This document shows, piece after piece, positions 9,125 to 16,750 of a DNA stretch of 64,000 nt (position 1 is its first letter; every line of letters starts with the position of its first letter). The position numbers and the translations under genes are program-made. Under the pieces are notes generated by a model. It saw nothing but the letters and a program-made list of their open reading frames with translations, had not been told where the DNA came from and ran no database searches. This stretch comes from an uncultured Enterobacterales bacterium (GTDB lineage: Bacteria; Myxococcota_A; UBA796; CAJQPC01), in contig CAZSZE010000015.1 of assembly GCA_964610645.1 (NCBI GenBank), forward strand, positions 707 through 64,706, read 5' to 3'.

Positions 9125-10279
9125 CTACCGGTTCCGGACGAAGATCTCCTTGGAGATAATCAGCCGCTGGATCTGGGACGTTCCCTCGTAGATCTGAAAG
9201 ATCTTGGCATCCCGCATCAGCTTCTCCACCGGGTACTCGCTGGAGTAGCCATACCCACCGAAGACCTGGACCGCATCGGTGGCCACCCGCATGGCCATGT
9301 CCGCACAGAAGGCCTTGGAGATCGCCGCTTCCCGGGTGTTCCTCTTGCCTGCATCCTTCATGGACGCTGCCTGCCACACGAGCAACCGTCCGGCCTCGAT
9401 GTCTTTTGCCATGTCGGCGATCATGAAGGCCACCGCCTGGTGCTGCGCAATGGGCACGCCGAAGGCCTTGCGCTCGGTTGCATATTGAATGGCATGGTCC
9501 ATCGCAGACCGGGCCAGCCCCACCGCGGCCGAGGAGACCGCGGGCCGGGTGTAGTCAAAGGCAGCCATGGCCAGCTTCCAGCCATCTCCCACCTGGCCCA
9601 CAACGTTCTCCTCAGGAATCTCCACATCCTCAAAGGTGATGCCCCGGGTGTCCGAGCATCGCTGGCCCATGTTGAGCTCCTTCTTGCCCACGGTGACCCC
9701 GGGCCAGTCGCTCTCCACGATGAAGGCGGTCATGCCACCCCGGGCCTTCTTTTCGGGATCCGTCAGGGCCACGACGAAAAACCACCGGGCCACCCCTGCA
9801 TTGGTGATCCACATCTTGTTGCCGTTGAGCACCCACTTGTCCCCCTTCTTCACCGCCGTGGTCTTCAGCCCCTGCACGTCCGAGCCCGCCCCGGGTTCCG
9901 TGACGGCATAGGCGCAGAGTTGAAACTCCTCCGACATGGGGGCCAGGTACTTTCGCTTCAGGGCATCGGTGGCCCCAAGGATGACCGGCTGCTGGGCCAG
10001 GCTGTTGGCCTCAATGGCGGTTCCGATGCCCGTGCAGCCCCAGGCCAGCTCCTCGCCGATGATGACGCCGTCCAGGCAGGACAGGTCCAGCCCGCCACAA
10101 TCCTCGGGAATGTGCGTGTTCATGAGGCAGAGATCATGGGCCTTGCGCAGCACGGCCTCCGGGTATTCGCCGGTCTCGTCATGGTGGGCCACTACAGGGC
10201 GCATCACATCCTTGGCGAATTCCCTGGCAAGACCCTGCAGGGCCTCCTGTTCTTCAGACAACTGAAAAGAAATGGACAT
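9125..10279 (-). CDS. acyl-CoA dehydrogenase
   Basis: [14 protein letters not shown]..., [13 protein letters not shown], and C-terminal [18 protein letters not shown]. 384 aa from ATG 10279. The ORF-track extension to 10849 was rejected. Confidence 0.93.
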   Translation of the reverse strand: MSISFQLSEEQEALQGLAREFAKDVMRPVVAHHDETGEYPEAVLRKAHDLCLMNTHIPEDCGGLDLSCLDGVIIGEELAWGCTGIGTAIEANSLAQQPVILGATDALKRKYLAPMSEEFQLCAYAVTEPGAGSDVQGLKTTAVKKGDKWVLNGNKMWITNAGVARWFFVVALTDPEKKARGGMTAFIVESDWPGVTVGKKELNMGQRCSDTRGITFEDVEIPEENVVGQVGDGWKLAMAAFDYTRPAVSSAAVGLARSAMDHAIQYATERKAFGVPIAQHQAVAFMIADMAKDIEAGRLLVWQAASMKDAGKRNTREAAISKAFCADMAMRVATDAVQVFGGYGYSSEYPVEKLMRDAKIFQIYEGTSQIQRLIISKEIFVRNR

Positions 10280-10428
10280 CAAGCAACTCCAATGCAGAAG
10301 AGAGTGTAACGAGCGCCCTCCCCCGCGCACAGGGGCCAAAAGGGTCCGTTTTTGGGGGGGGCTCGAAATCCCACCTTCGGGCTCCAGAAAAAAAAGATCA
10401 GCTTTGGCATGTAAATTGCGTTGACACC

Positions 10429-10445
10429 CTGGCACGGTGTTTGCT
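10429..10445 (+). promoter_or_regulatory. sigma-54 (-24/-12) promoter candidate
   Basis: CTGGCACGGTGTTTGCT matches YTGGCACGrNNNTTGCW at every specified position. About 70 nt upstream of ATG 10518. Overlaps a sigma-70-like TTGACA (10421-10426)-18 nt-TATAAG (10445-10450). Confidence 0.6.
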
Positions 10446-10517
10446 ATAAGCCGCCCGTCACCTGGTGAGATTCGCAAATCCCGGACCTCACAGGCACCAA
10501 AAGAACCGGAAGTTCCA

Positions 10518-10961
10518 ATGTTTTCCCTACTTATGATCGGCGCGGCCCTCGCAGCACCCTGTGGCTCTACCGCCCAGGCCCGCATGGACACCGCAGAGGC
10601 CATGTTGTCCAACCTTCCCCAACAGGAAGTGGTGGAAAAGCTCCAAACCATGGAAGATGCCCAGTCCATTCTGGACCGCACCTCCGCTGACTTTCCCCGG
10701 TGTCGGGCTGCCCGCCGCATGGCGGAGGACGTGAATCGCATGACGATTCGCATTCGCCCCCTGGCCGAGGCTGCTGCCCACGACCAGATGGTGCTGCGGC
10801 TGGAATCCCGCATCTCTTTCATGGAAAAGGATGCTGCCCCCGACCGCAAACAAGTTCAAAACCTCGCCCGCATGGTCAACGCCGTGGCATCCCGCCACCC
10901 CGAAGACAACCGGATTGACGATCTCTCCTACCGCCTTGCAATGCTTGGGGGAACCCGATGA
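10518..10961 (+). CDS. hypothetical secreted protein (147 aa)
   Basis: [21 protein letters not shown]|R is signal-peptide-like with an AxA site. GGAAG lies upstream of the ATG. No family motif recognised. Confidence 0.6.
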   Translation: MFSLLMIGAALAAPCGSTAQARMDTAEAMLSNLPQQEVVEKLQTMEDAQSILDRTSADFPRCRAARRMAEDVNRMTIRIRPLAEAAAHDQMVLRLESRISFMEKDAAPDRKQVQNLARMVNAVASRHPEDNRIDDLSYRLAMLGGTR

Positions 10962-11695
10962 CTTCCCTACTTCTGATTGCCCTTCCCTACGCAGCCCTTG
11001 TGTCCGGCACGACCCCCGGAAACGACGCGACTGATGTGGCGGAGATGGCCCGCGTGGACCGCCTGATCACTGTGGCCACCGAGACCGACGACGCCTTGCT
11101 TCGCCGGGAGCTGGCCCTGGAGCTGTACCGCTCCCAGGTGGACGACCCCCGCTTGGCCGCCCTCCTGGAATCCGTGGAAGCAGAAGCCCATGGGCTCCAG
11201 GGAAACATTGCCCAGAAGGCTGCAGCAGATGCCCTGGCCTTCCTGGTGGCTTCCCCGGCCTTTGAGTTGGGCCTGGACCACTACCGGGTGGGTTCGGTGT
11301 ACGACGGTGACTTCTCTGACCCCCTGACCCGCATCCACGCACAGGACGGCGCCTGGACCATCGATGTCAGCGATGAGCTGGTGGGAATGGCCCGCACCCT
11401 TCGCACGGCAGCGGTTGCTCAGGAGATCGCCACCCACCACGGCCACACCCTGGCCTGGGATCTGGACATCATCGAGTCGGCAGCCTTTCTCGCCGGCACT
11501 GCGGTCTATGCTTCCTCGGGTGGAATCGGCTGGTCCAAGTACCAGGCCGCAGCGCTTCCCGGAGTGGAGGTGAGCCTCGAGGAGTCCACCCAGTGGTTGA
11601 ACAGGACGGACTACGTGCTCGTGGACAATGCCGGAGCGCTCTCGACCTGGCTGGAAGCCAACCGGGTTGCAGTCAACACCGACCAGCCTTCCTGA
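10958..11695 (+). CDS. hypothetical protein with a hydrophobic N-terminus (245 aa)
   Basis: ATGA overlap with the upstream gene. [18 protein letters not shown]-terminus. Coding-like codon bias. No family motif recognised. Confidence 0.6.
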   Translation: MTSLLLIALPYAALVSGTTPGNDATDVAEMARVDRLITVATETDDALLRRELALELYRSQVDDPRLAALLESVEAEAHGLQGNIAQKAAADALAFLVASPAFELGLDHYRVGSVYDGDFSDPLTRIHAQDGAWTIDVSDELVGMARTLRTAAVAQEIATHHGHTLAWDLDIIESAAFLAGTAVYASSGGIGWSKYQAAALPGVEVSLEESTQWLNRTDYVLVDNAGALSTWLEANRVAVNTDQPS

Positions 11696-11748
11696 ATCCA
11701 AAGCAACTCCCAAGCCAGGACGGCAAGGGACAGCTGAATCACTCGCTG

Positions 11749-11787
11749 AAACGCCCGGGCCAAGGACGGCCCGGGCGTTTCTGTTTT
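11749..11787 (+). terminator. rho-independent terminator
   Basis: AAACGCCCGGGCC-aaggac-GGCCCGGGCGTTT is a 13-bp perfect stem followed by CTGTTTT. It lies 54 nt after stop 11695. Confidence 0.8.
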
Positions 11788-11817
11788 CAGTCACCAAACT
11801 CCGGTTACGTTGAGCCT

Positions 11818-12381
11818 ATGGACGCCCCACTCCCCCTGGCCATCGACACCCTGCCCACTCCCAACCCGGACGCGTTGATGTTCAAGCTGCAGGAACCGCT
11901 CGTGGAGCGGGGCAGCTTTGAATACACCCGGGCCAAGACCGGTGACTCCCCACTCCCCAAGCGGCTGTTTTCCCTGGACGGAGTGGAGCAGGTGCTGGTC
12001 ACCACCCGTTTCGTGACGGTCACCAAGAGAGAGGAATGGCGGTGGCCGGAGTTGGTGCCCGCCATCAAGGGCTTGCTGCGGGAGCACGTGGCAAGCGGGG
12101 AACCGGCGGTGCATGCAGAGGAGATCGTGGTGCAGACAGGGGGCGACAGTGAGCTGGGCCAGCGCATCTCCGCAGTCATCGACGCACAGGTCCGGCCAGC
12201 GGTCGCCATGGACGGCGGGGATGTGCAATTTGTCGGAGTGACCGATGACATGTACGTGGAGTTGCGCTTGATCGGCGCCTGTTCCAACTGCCCAAGCGCA
12301 ATCACGACCCTGCGCATGGGCATCGAAACCATGCTCATGGACGAGTTCCCCGAGATCGCCGGGGTGGAGCAGGTGGTATAG
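11818..12381 (+). CDS. Nfu/NifU-like Fe-S cluster scaffold/carrier protein
   Basis: The C-terminal domain RPAVAMDGGDVQFVGVTDDMYVELRLIGACSNCPSAITTLRMGIE carries the CxxC motif. The N-terminal Nfu_N-like part reads NPDALMFKL. Confidence 0.85.
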   Translation: MDAPLPLAIDTLPTPNPDALMFKLQEPLVERGSFEYTRAKTGDSPLPKRLFSLDGVEQVLVTTRFVTVTKREEWRWPELVPAIKGLLREHVASGEPAVHAEEIVVQTGGDSELGQRISAVIDAQVRPAVAMDGGDVQFVGVTDDMYVELRLIGACSNCPSAITTLRMGIETMLMDEFPEIAGVEQVV

Positions 12382-12464
12382 ACGGCCATTCCTCCATAGT
12401 GGGTGAGTCTCCCGATTCGTGCGCTGCAGTACCGCAGTGAACCAACCGGGGTTTGGAGGAGACC

Positions 12465-12806
12465 ATGAGAATCACGACCGCCCTTCTGGGCATTCTTGCA
12501 ACGGGCTGCGCTATCTCTGAGGAGGAGTTCAGCGAGGAGTACTGGAACCTCTCTTGCGACAAGATGTTTGAGTGCACCAGCACCGAGGACATTGAAGCAG
12601 CCGGCGAGCTCTGGTTCTTTGGAGACGATGCCACCGCATGCAAGTTGGACGGGGCCGAGGAGACCGAGGAGGAAGAGGGCGAGGAGCACGAGTGCATCTT
12701 TGACTCTGATTCCGCCTCCACCTGCCTGACCGAGTACGAGGCGCTCACCTGCGACGATATCGCCGAGGGAACCACGGTCGATGCCTGCAGCTCCGTCTGC
12801 GGGTAG
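12465..12806 (+). CDS. small acidic cysteine-rich lipoprotein
   Basis: GGAGGA RBS, then MRITTALLGILATGC (lipobox). The mature part has 8 further Cys and long Glu/Asp runs. Confidence 0.65.
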   Translation: MRITTALLGILATGCAISEEEFSEEYWNLSCDKMFECTSTEDIEAAGELWFFGDDATACKLDGAEETEEEEGEEHECIFDSDSASTCLTEYEALTCDDIAEGTTVDACSSVCG

Positions 12807-12854
12807 CTTCAGAGAACTCCGGCCGGGCCTGTGGCGCTGCCGCCGACCCGGCCC

Positions 12855-14144
12855 CTACCCAGGCCGCTGGCCGATGGCTTTCAAGGCCTCAGCCGCATTG
12901 TCCGGATCCACATAGAGCCGGGAGATTCGGCGCTCGTCCTGGTACCGTTCAAAGACCGCCGTGGCGTCCTCCAGGCGGACCACCGGATGGGCAGCCGTGG
13001 GGGATTCGTCCACCACGTAGATCGGCGGCGCGGCCTCCCGTTTCTGCCCGAAGACCGAGTACCTTGAGAATTTGCCCGTGGATCCCGCGGAGAGGAAGTC
13101 GATGCCGGCGGATTCCAGGCGCTGGGCTGCCCAGTCCAGGTCCACTTCCTGGGGGGTGCCATGCAGCTCCAGGACCCGCTTCCAAGGCTGCAGATCCACC
13201 ACGGCACTTGCCCAGCGGTTGGCGCTTTGTCGCAGGTGTGACTTGAGCTGCACATCATCGACCTGGCGGTAGGCCTCCACATCCGCAGGGATGGCGTAGT
13301 CGCAGTCCTCCCCCTGGAAGTAGCGCTTGAGCATTTCCTCGAACACCACGCTCTTGTGGTGGAAATACACCATCACAAACATGTGGTAGCGGGCCACCAT
13401 GAAGTCATCGAACGCGTAGAGGGAGCGGCGCTGTACAGCCAGGGAGGCCGCATCATCCACGATGTGCAGGGTCAGGTTGGAAAGGAGCCAGTGCACATCG
13501 ATCTGGCCATAGCGGGCCCCTGAAAAGTAGGAATCCCGCACCAGGTAGTCCAGGCGGTCCACATCCAGCTCGGAGGAGACCAGCTGGGAGAGCACCTGCC
13601 GGACATCCAGGCCCCCATCCACGAAGAAGTCGTCCTCCACCACCACGTCCCGGGAAATGAGGCCAGCCACGTGCCGGGCCGTGAAGGGCTGGGAGGCATC
13701 GATTCGCTGCGCAAGGTCCGACCGCGTCAGGATGGCAATGGTGTAGTCCTCGTGGGAGGCGCGGCGCACCTCCTGGGTCCGGTAGACGGTGATTCCCAGA
13801 TCTGCCAGGGGCGGCATCGCAAACTCGGTGCAGTGGGAAAAGGGCGCATGTCCCAGGTCGTGGAGCAGCCCCGCAAGGCGCACGCAGCGCCGGTAGACAG
13901 TCCTCTTGTCACCAGACGAGAAATCATGGTGCGCAAAGGCCGCATCAAAGGCCCGGCCGGCCAGGTGCATCACCCCCACCGCATGGATGTACCGGGAGTG
14001 GACGGCGCCTGGAAAGGGCAGCTCCGAGAACCCCATCTGCTTGATACCGCGCAGGCGCTGCACAAACGGGTGGTCGAGGATCGGCACCTCCGGGGGGTCC
14101 ACCACAATGGCGCCGTGAATGGGGTCTCGGACCTCCAACGACAT
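12855..14144 (-). CDS. HD-domain phosphohydrolase (dNTPase/SAMHD1-like, COG1078-type)
   Basis: HSRYIHAVGVMHLAGR and LAGLLHDLGHAPFSH form the HD motif, with DVDRLDYLVRDSYFSG. Confidence 0.88.
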   Translation of the reverse strand: MSLEVRDPIHGAIVVDPPEVPILDHPFVQRLRGIKQMGFSELPFPGAVHSRYIHAVGVMHLAGRAFDAAFAHHDFSSGDKRTVYRRCVRLAGLLHDLGHAPFSHCTEFAMPPLADLGITVYRTQEVRRASHEDYTIAILTRSDLAQRIDASQPFTARHVAGLISRDVVVEDDFFVDGGLDVRQVLSQLVSSELDVDRLDYLVRDSYFSGARYGQIDVHWLLSNLTLHIVDDAASLAVQRRSLYAFDDFMVARYHMFVMVYFHHKSVVFEEMLKRYFQGEDCDYAIPADVEAYRQVDDVQLKSHLRQSANRWASAVVDLQPWKRVLELHGTPQEVDLDWAAQRLESAGIDFLSAGSTGKFSRYSVFGQKREAAPPIYVVDESPTAAHPVVRLEDATAVFERYQDERRISRLYVDPDNAAEALKAIGQRPG

Positions 14145-14156
14145 GCGCGAGGTCCC

Positions 14157-14936
14157 TTAGTTTCCGAGTCCCTGCTCTTCCGTCGCGTCCAGCAGGAAGT
14201 CCACGGGCACGCCATCGTCCACCTCGTAGCGGGTCGAGGTGTAGCTCCGGGAGTCTGCGCAGTCGCTGCTTACCTCCAGCTCACACTCCTGGCCGTCGCA
14301 GTCCGGGGCATCCCGTCGGTTGCTGGCAGCCTCCACAGCCGGGCCGCCGTTGCCCCCTCCGCGGTTGACCGTCATGTAGTCGCCCGCCGGAATCTGGCCG
14401 CTGCTCAAGCCCACCTGATCTCCCCAGGCATCGGATTCCCGCCAGAACTCCCAATCGCCGGTGTCCACATCCATGGAGCCGCTGCCGCGTTTCTTCTCCA
14501 CGTTCATCGTCACACGGGTCTTGGTGATCCAGTTCCACTGGTGGTCGAAGACATACCCGCTCTGGTGGGAAGACAATTCGGAGCCGTCCTCACTGTGCTC
14601 CCAGGCAAACACCCACCGCCCGCTGTCCTGGGTGCCCTGCAAGACCCGGTCTGCAAGCACCAGGGCCCAGCCACCGCTCTCGTTCTCGAGTACCTGGCCA
14701 AAGAAGACCTCCGACGAGCTGTCACTGGACTCTTCTGTGGTCCAGGCGTCTGTGGCTTCCCCGTCCAGGACATTCAGGAAGTTGTGGTTGTTGATGGTGA
14801 TCTCACACTCGGCCCCTTCCGAGGCGTCCAACTGGAACAGCCAGATGCCGCTGGGGTCTCCACCACATCCCACGAAAAAGACGAAGCCCACCCAGGGACT
14901 GTGTCTCCACCAACGCTGGACACCCGCACGGTGCAT
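14157..14936 (-). CDS. hypothetical lipoprotein
   Basis: WVGFVFFVGCGGDPSG lipobox. Acidic mature protein with no recognised family. Confidence 0.65.
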   Translation of the reverse strand: MHRAGVQRWWRHSPWVGFVFFVGCGGDPSGIWLFQLDASEGAECEITINNHNFLNVLDGEATDAWTTEESSDSSSEVFFGQVLENESGGWALVLADRVLQGTQDSGRWVFAWEHSEDGSELSSHQSGYVFDHQWNWITKTRVTMNVEKKRGSGSMDVDTGDWEFWRESDAWGDQVGLSSGQIPAGDYMTVNRGGGNGGPAVEAASNRRDAPDCDGQECELEVSSDCADSRSYTSTRYEVDDGVPVDFLLDATEEQGLGN

Positions 14937-14980
14937 AGGTGAATCCTACGTGCCCACCGGGACCCCTGTCAAACCGCCGG

Positions 14981-15232
14981 TTACCGCGGTGCTGGACCCT
15001 TGGGGACCCCGATGTCCCAACGATCCAGGTCCGCCCGCAGCTCCTCGGCATCCAGACTTCCATCCCGGTTTGCATCCAGGTCCCGGTGCAGCAGCGGGGC
15101 GTTGACACAGGCAAGCTCCTCCACAGAGAGCCCGCCCGAGCCATCGGAATCCAGGGCTTCCAGCAGCTCCTGTGCAGGATCGGGGAGGCCCTTGCTGCAG
15201 GCCATCGCCAGGCAAATCCAGCACCACCTCAT
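14981..15232 (-). CDS. small EF-hand pair lipoprotein (83 aa)
   Basis: ATG 15232 overlaps the sulfatase-like stop (ATGA). MRWCWICLAMAC lipobox. Two canonical 12-residue Ca-binding loops, DSDGSGGLSVEE and DANRDGSLDAEE. Confidence 0.7.
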   Translation of the reverse strand: MRWCWICLAMACSKGLPDPAQELLEALDSDGSGGLSVEELACVNAPLLHRDLDANRDGSLDAEELRADLDRWDIGVPKGPAPR

Positions 15233-16647
15233 CGGACATCCCCTCCATCCGGCGCCCAGTATCCCTGCTCCCGGAGCGCACGCCGCATCTCGGGACGGGC
15301 AGCCTCGGGTCCGTGGCGCACCTCTGCTGCTCGCCCCAGCTCCGTGGGCCAATGGGCCACCTCCTGCCGCAGATCCTCCACCACTTGCGGATGATCCCGC
15401 GCAACATCCAATCCCACCCCGCCTTCGTAAAGACGCCACTCCATCCTCCGATCCGACTCTCGCAGGCGGTGGGGGTCCTTCCAACCCCGAAGTTCCCAGG
15501 TGTTGGAACGCACCCAGTAGCAGCAGATGGAAGCAGCCCGAACGCGCTCTTCCGGTCCCGGTTCTTCCTTGTTCTTGCCCAGCACGGAAACAAACCCCTC
15601 CCCCTCCACCCCGGCGGGCTGCACCGCACCCACGGTCGCCAGGACCGTGGGCAGAACCTCAGAAAGACTCACCATCCCCCCCCACCGTGCCGGAGCGCCT
15701 CCCGCTGGTGTCCTGACCACCAGGGGCACATGGAAGACCCCATCCCCCACCTCCGTGTCGTGGCCAAACCGCTCTCCCTCCCCCAGGGCCTCCCCGTGAT
15801 CCGACAGCACCACCACCAGGGCATCGTCCAGGACGCTCCGCTCCTCCAATCCCTTCAGCAACCGGCCCAGCTGGTAGTCCGCCCCGCGCACCGCGCTGTC
15901 GTAGTGGGCCCGGATGTGGTCAAGGTCCCGCTCCGCCAGTCCCTGCTCAGCCAGGACCCGAACCTCTCCCATGCCCTGGTTCAACACGGGCATGCAGTCC
16001 CGGGTCGGCGACCCCATGGTGCAGGGCCCTCCACTTGCCCCCGCCCCCGCATGAAGGGCACCGCGGTAGTCCGGGTCGAACATCTCGGCAATGGGACCCG
16101 GGGCCGTGTACGGCACGTGGGCGTCGTACCCATGCACGAACAGGAGCATGGGGCGCGAGTCGTCCTTCCGCTGATCCAACCAGTGAAGCGCCCGGATGAC
16201 TGCAGGCGTCATGGACTCGATCCCCTCGTCGTGGCGCCAGGTGTCAAAACCGCGAGAGAGGCCGGTGCTTGGATGGAGATGGGGTCCGGACGCAAAGCCC
16301 GCTGTGTCATAGCCATAGGCGGACAGGGCCTGGGCCAGGGTGGCGTGCGCATTGTCCAGAGAAGACGCTGTAAACCCGACCCCGTGTCCCATGGGGCCTC
16401 GCCCGGTGAAGAGGCTGGCATAGGCGGGCAGACTCCAGGCTGCATCCGTGTAGGCCTGCGTGAAGGTGGTCGCCCCTGACAGTGAGGCAAAGTGGTCCAG
16501 GTGGGGGGTGGTGTCTCGCTCGTACCCGGCAAGCCCGGTCCGATCCCAGCGCACGGTGTCCATGGCCACAATCACGATGTCAGGCAGGCGTCCGGAAGTA
16601 CCGGCACCACAGGACAACCACAACGTCAGCCAGCACCAGGAGAACAT
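15229..16647 (-). CDS. sulfatase-like hydrolase/transferase (alkaline phosphatase superfamily), lipoprotein
   Basis: MFSWCWLTLWLSC lipobox. IVIVAMDTVRWDR metal-site strand. AAWSLPAYASLFTGR occupies the position of the sulfatase C/SxPxR..TG signature. VVLSDHGEALGE. Confidence 0.8.
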   Translation of the reverse strand: MFSWCWLTLWLSCGAGTSGRLPDIVIVAMDTVRWDRTGLAGYERDTTPHLDHFASLSGATTFTQAYTDAAWSLPAYASLFTGRGPMGHGVGFTASSLDNAHATLAQALSAYGYDTAGFASGPHLHPSTGLSRGFDTWRHDEGIESMTPAVIRALHWLDQRKDDSRPMLLFVHGYDAHVPYTAPGPIAEMFDPDYRGALHAGAGASGGPCTMGSPTRDCMPVLNQGMGEVRVLAEQGLAERDLDHIRAHYDSAVRGADYQLGRLLKGLEERSVLDDALVVVLSDHGEALGEGERFGHDTEVGDGVFHVPLVVRTPAGGAPARWGGMVSLSEVLPTVLATVGAVQPAGVEGEGFVSVLGKNKEEPGPEERVRAASICCYWVRSNTWELRGWKDPHRLRESDRRMEWRLYEGGVGLDVARDHPQVVEDLRQEVAHWPTELGRAAEVRHGPEAARPEMRRALREQGYWAPDGGDVR

Positions 16648-16750
16648 TCACCAATCCCGGGGGCGAGACCCCTCGCGCGGAAGTGTACCCGGCGCTATGG
16701 TTTCCCGGCGATACGCCGCACGGAAGATACGCTGCACAGTGGAGTCGCGA

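Noticed and set aside
8105-10309. 734-aa plus-strand ORF. Similar long antisense ORFs occur at 16580-18622, 19076-21196, 21362-23100 (several), 37444-38760, 47019-49403, 53984-55495, 56220-57503 and 58362-59699.
   Set aside because: Each lies opposite a gene with strong family motifs (epimerase/ACAD, YitJ-type enzyme, GMC oxidoreductase, STAND kinase, SGNH, D-aminoacylase, the 53966-55081 lipoprotein, gcvP, gcvT). All have low-complexity Arg/Gly/Pro-rich translations.
10349-10395. Homopolymer tracts T5G8 (10349-10361) and A8 (10388-10395) in the divergent ACAD / sigma-54 cassette intergenic region as phase-variation switches
   Set aside because: The tracts are short and lie outside coding sequence. 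They are not positioned between recognisable -35/-10 elements. There is no evidence of length heterogeneity in a single sequence. They are noted only as unusual for GC-rich intergenic DNA.
9125-10849. N-terminal extensions in the ORF track. Examples: 9125-10849, 16460-18640, 24612-26561, 27255-28859, 33074-35464, 35001-37259, 40745-43522, 47010-48947, 58350-59693, 60025-61086 and 61750-63027.
   Set aside because: The extensions are Arg/Pro/Gly-rich, overlap neighbouring real genes or intergenic promoters, and precede internal starts. Those internal starts give family-typical N-termini, signal peptides or 4-nt overlaps with the upstream stop. The shorter coordinates are reported instead.
16648-16750. 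S-box/SAM riboswitch upstream of the YitJ-type gene
   Set aside because: I could not find the conserved S-box blocks (such as the CUUAUCAAGAG / GGUGCUAA-type elements) or any obvious four-way-junction pairing in the 103-nt leader. A covariance-model scan is still needed for certainty.
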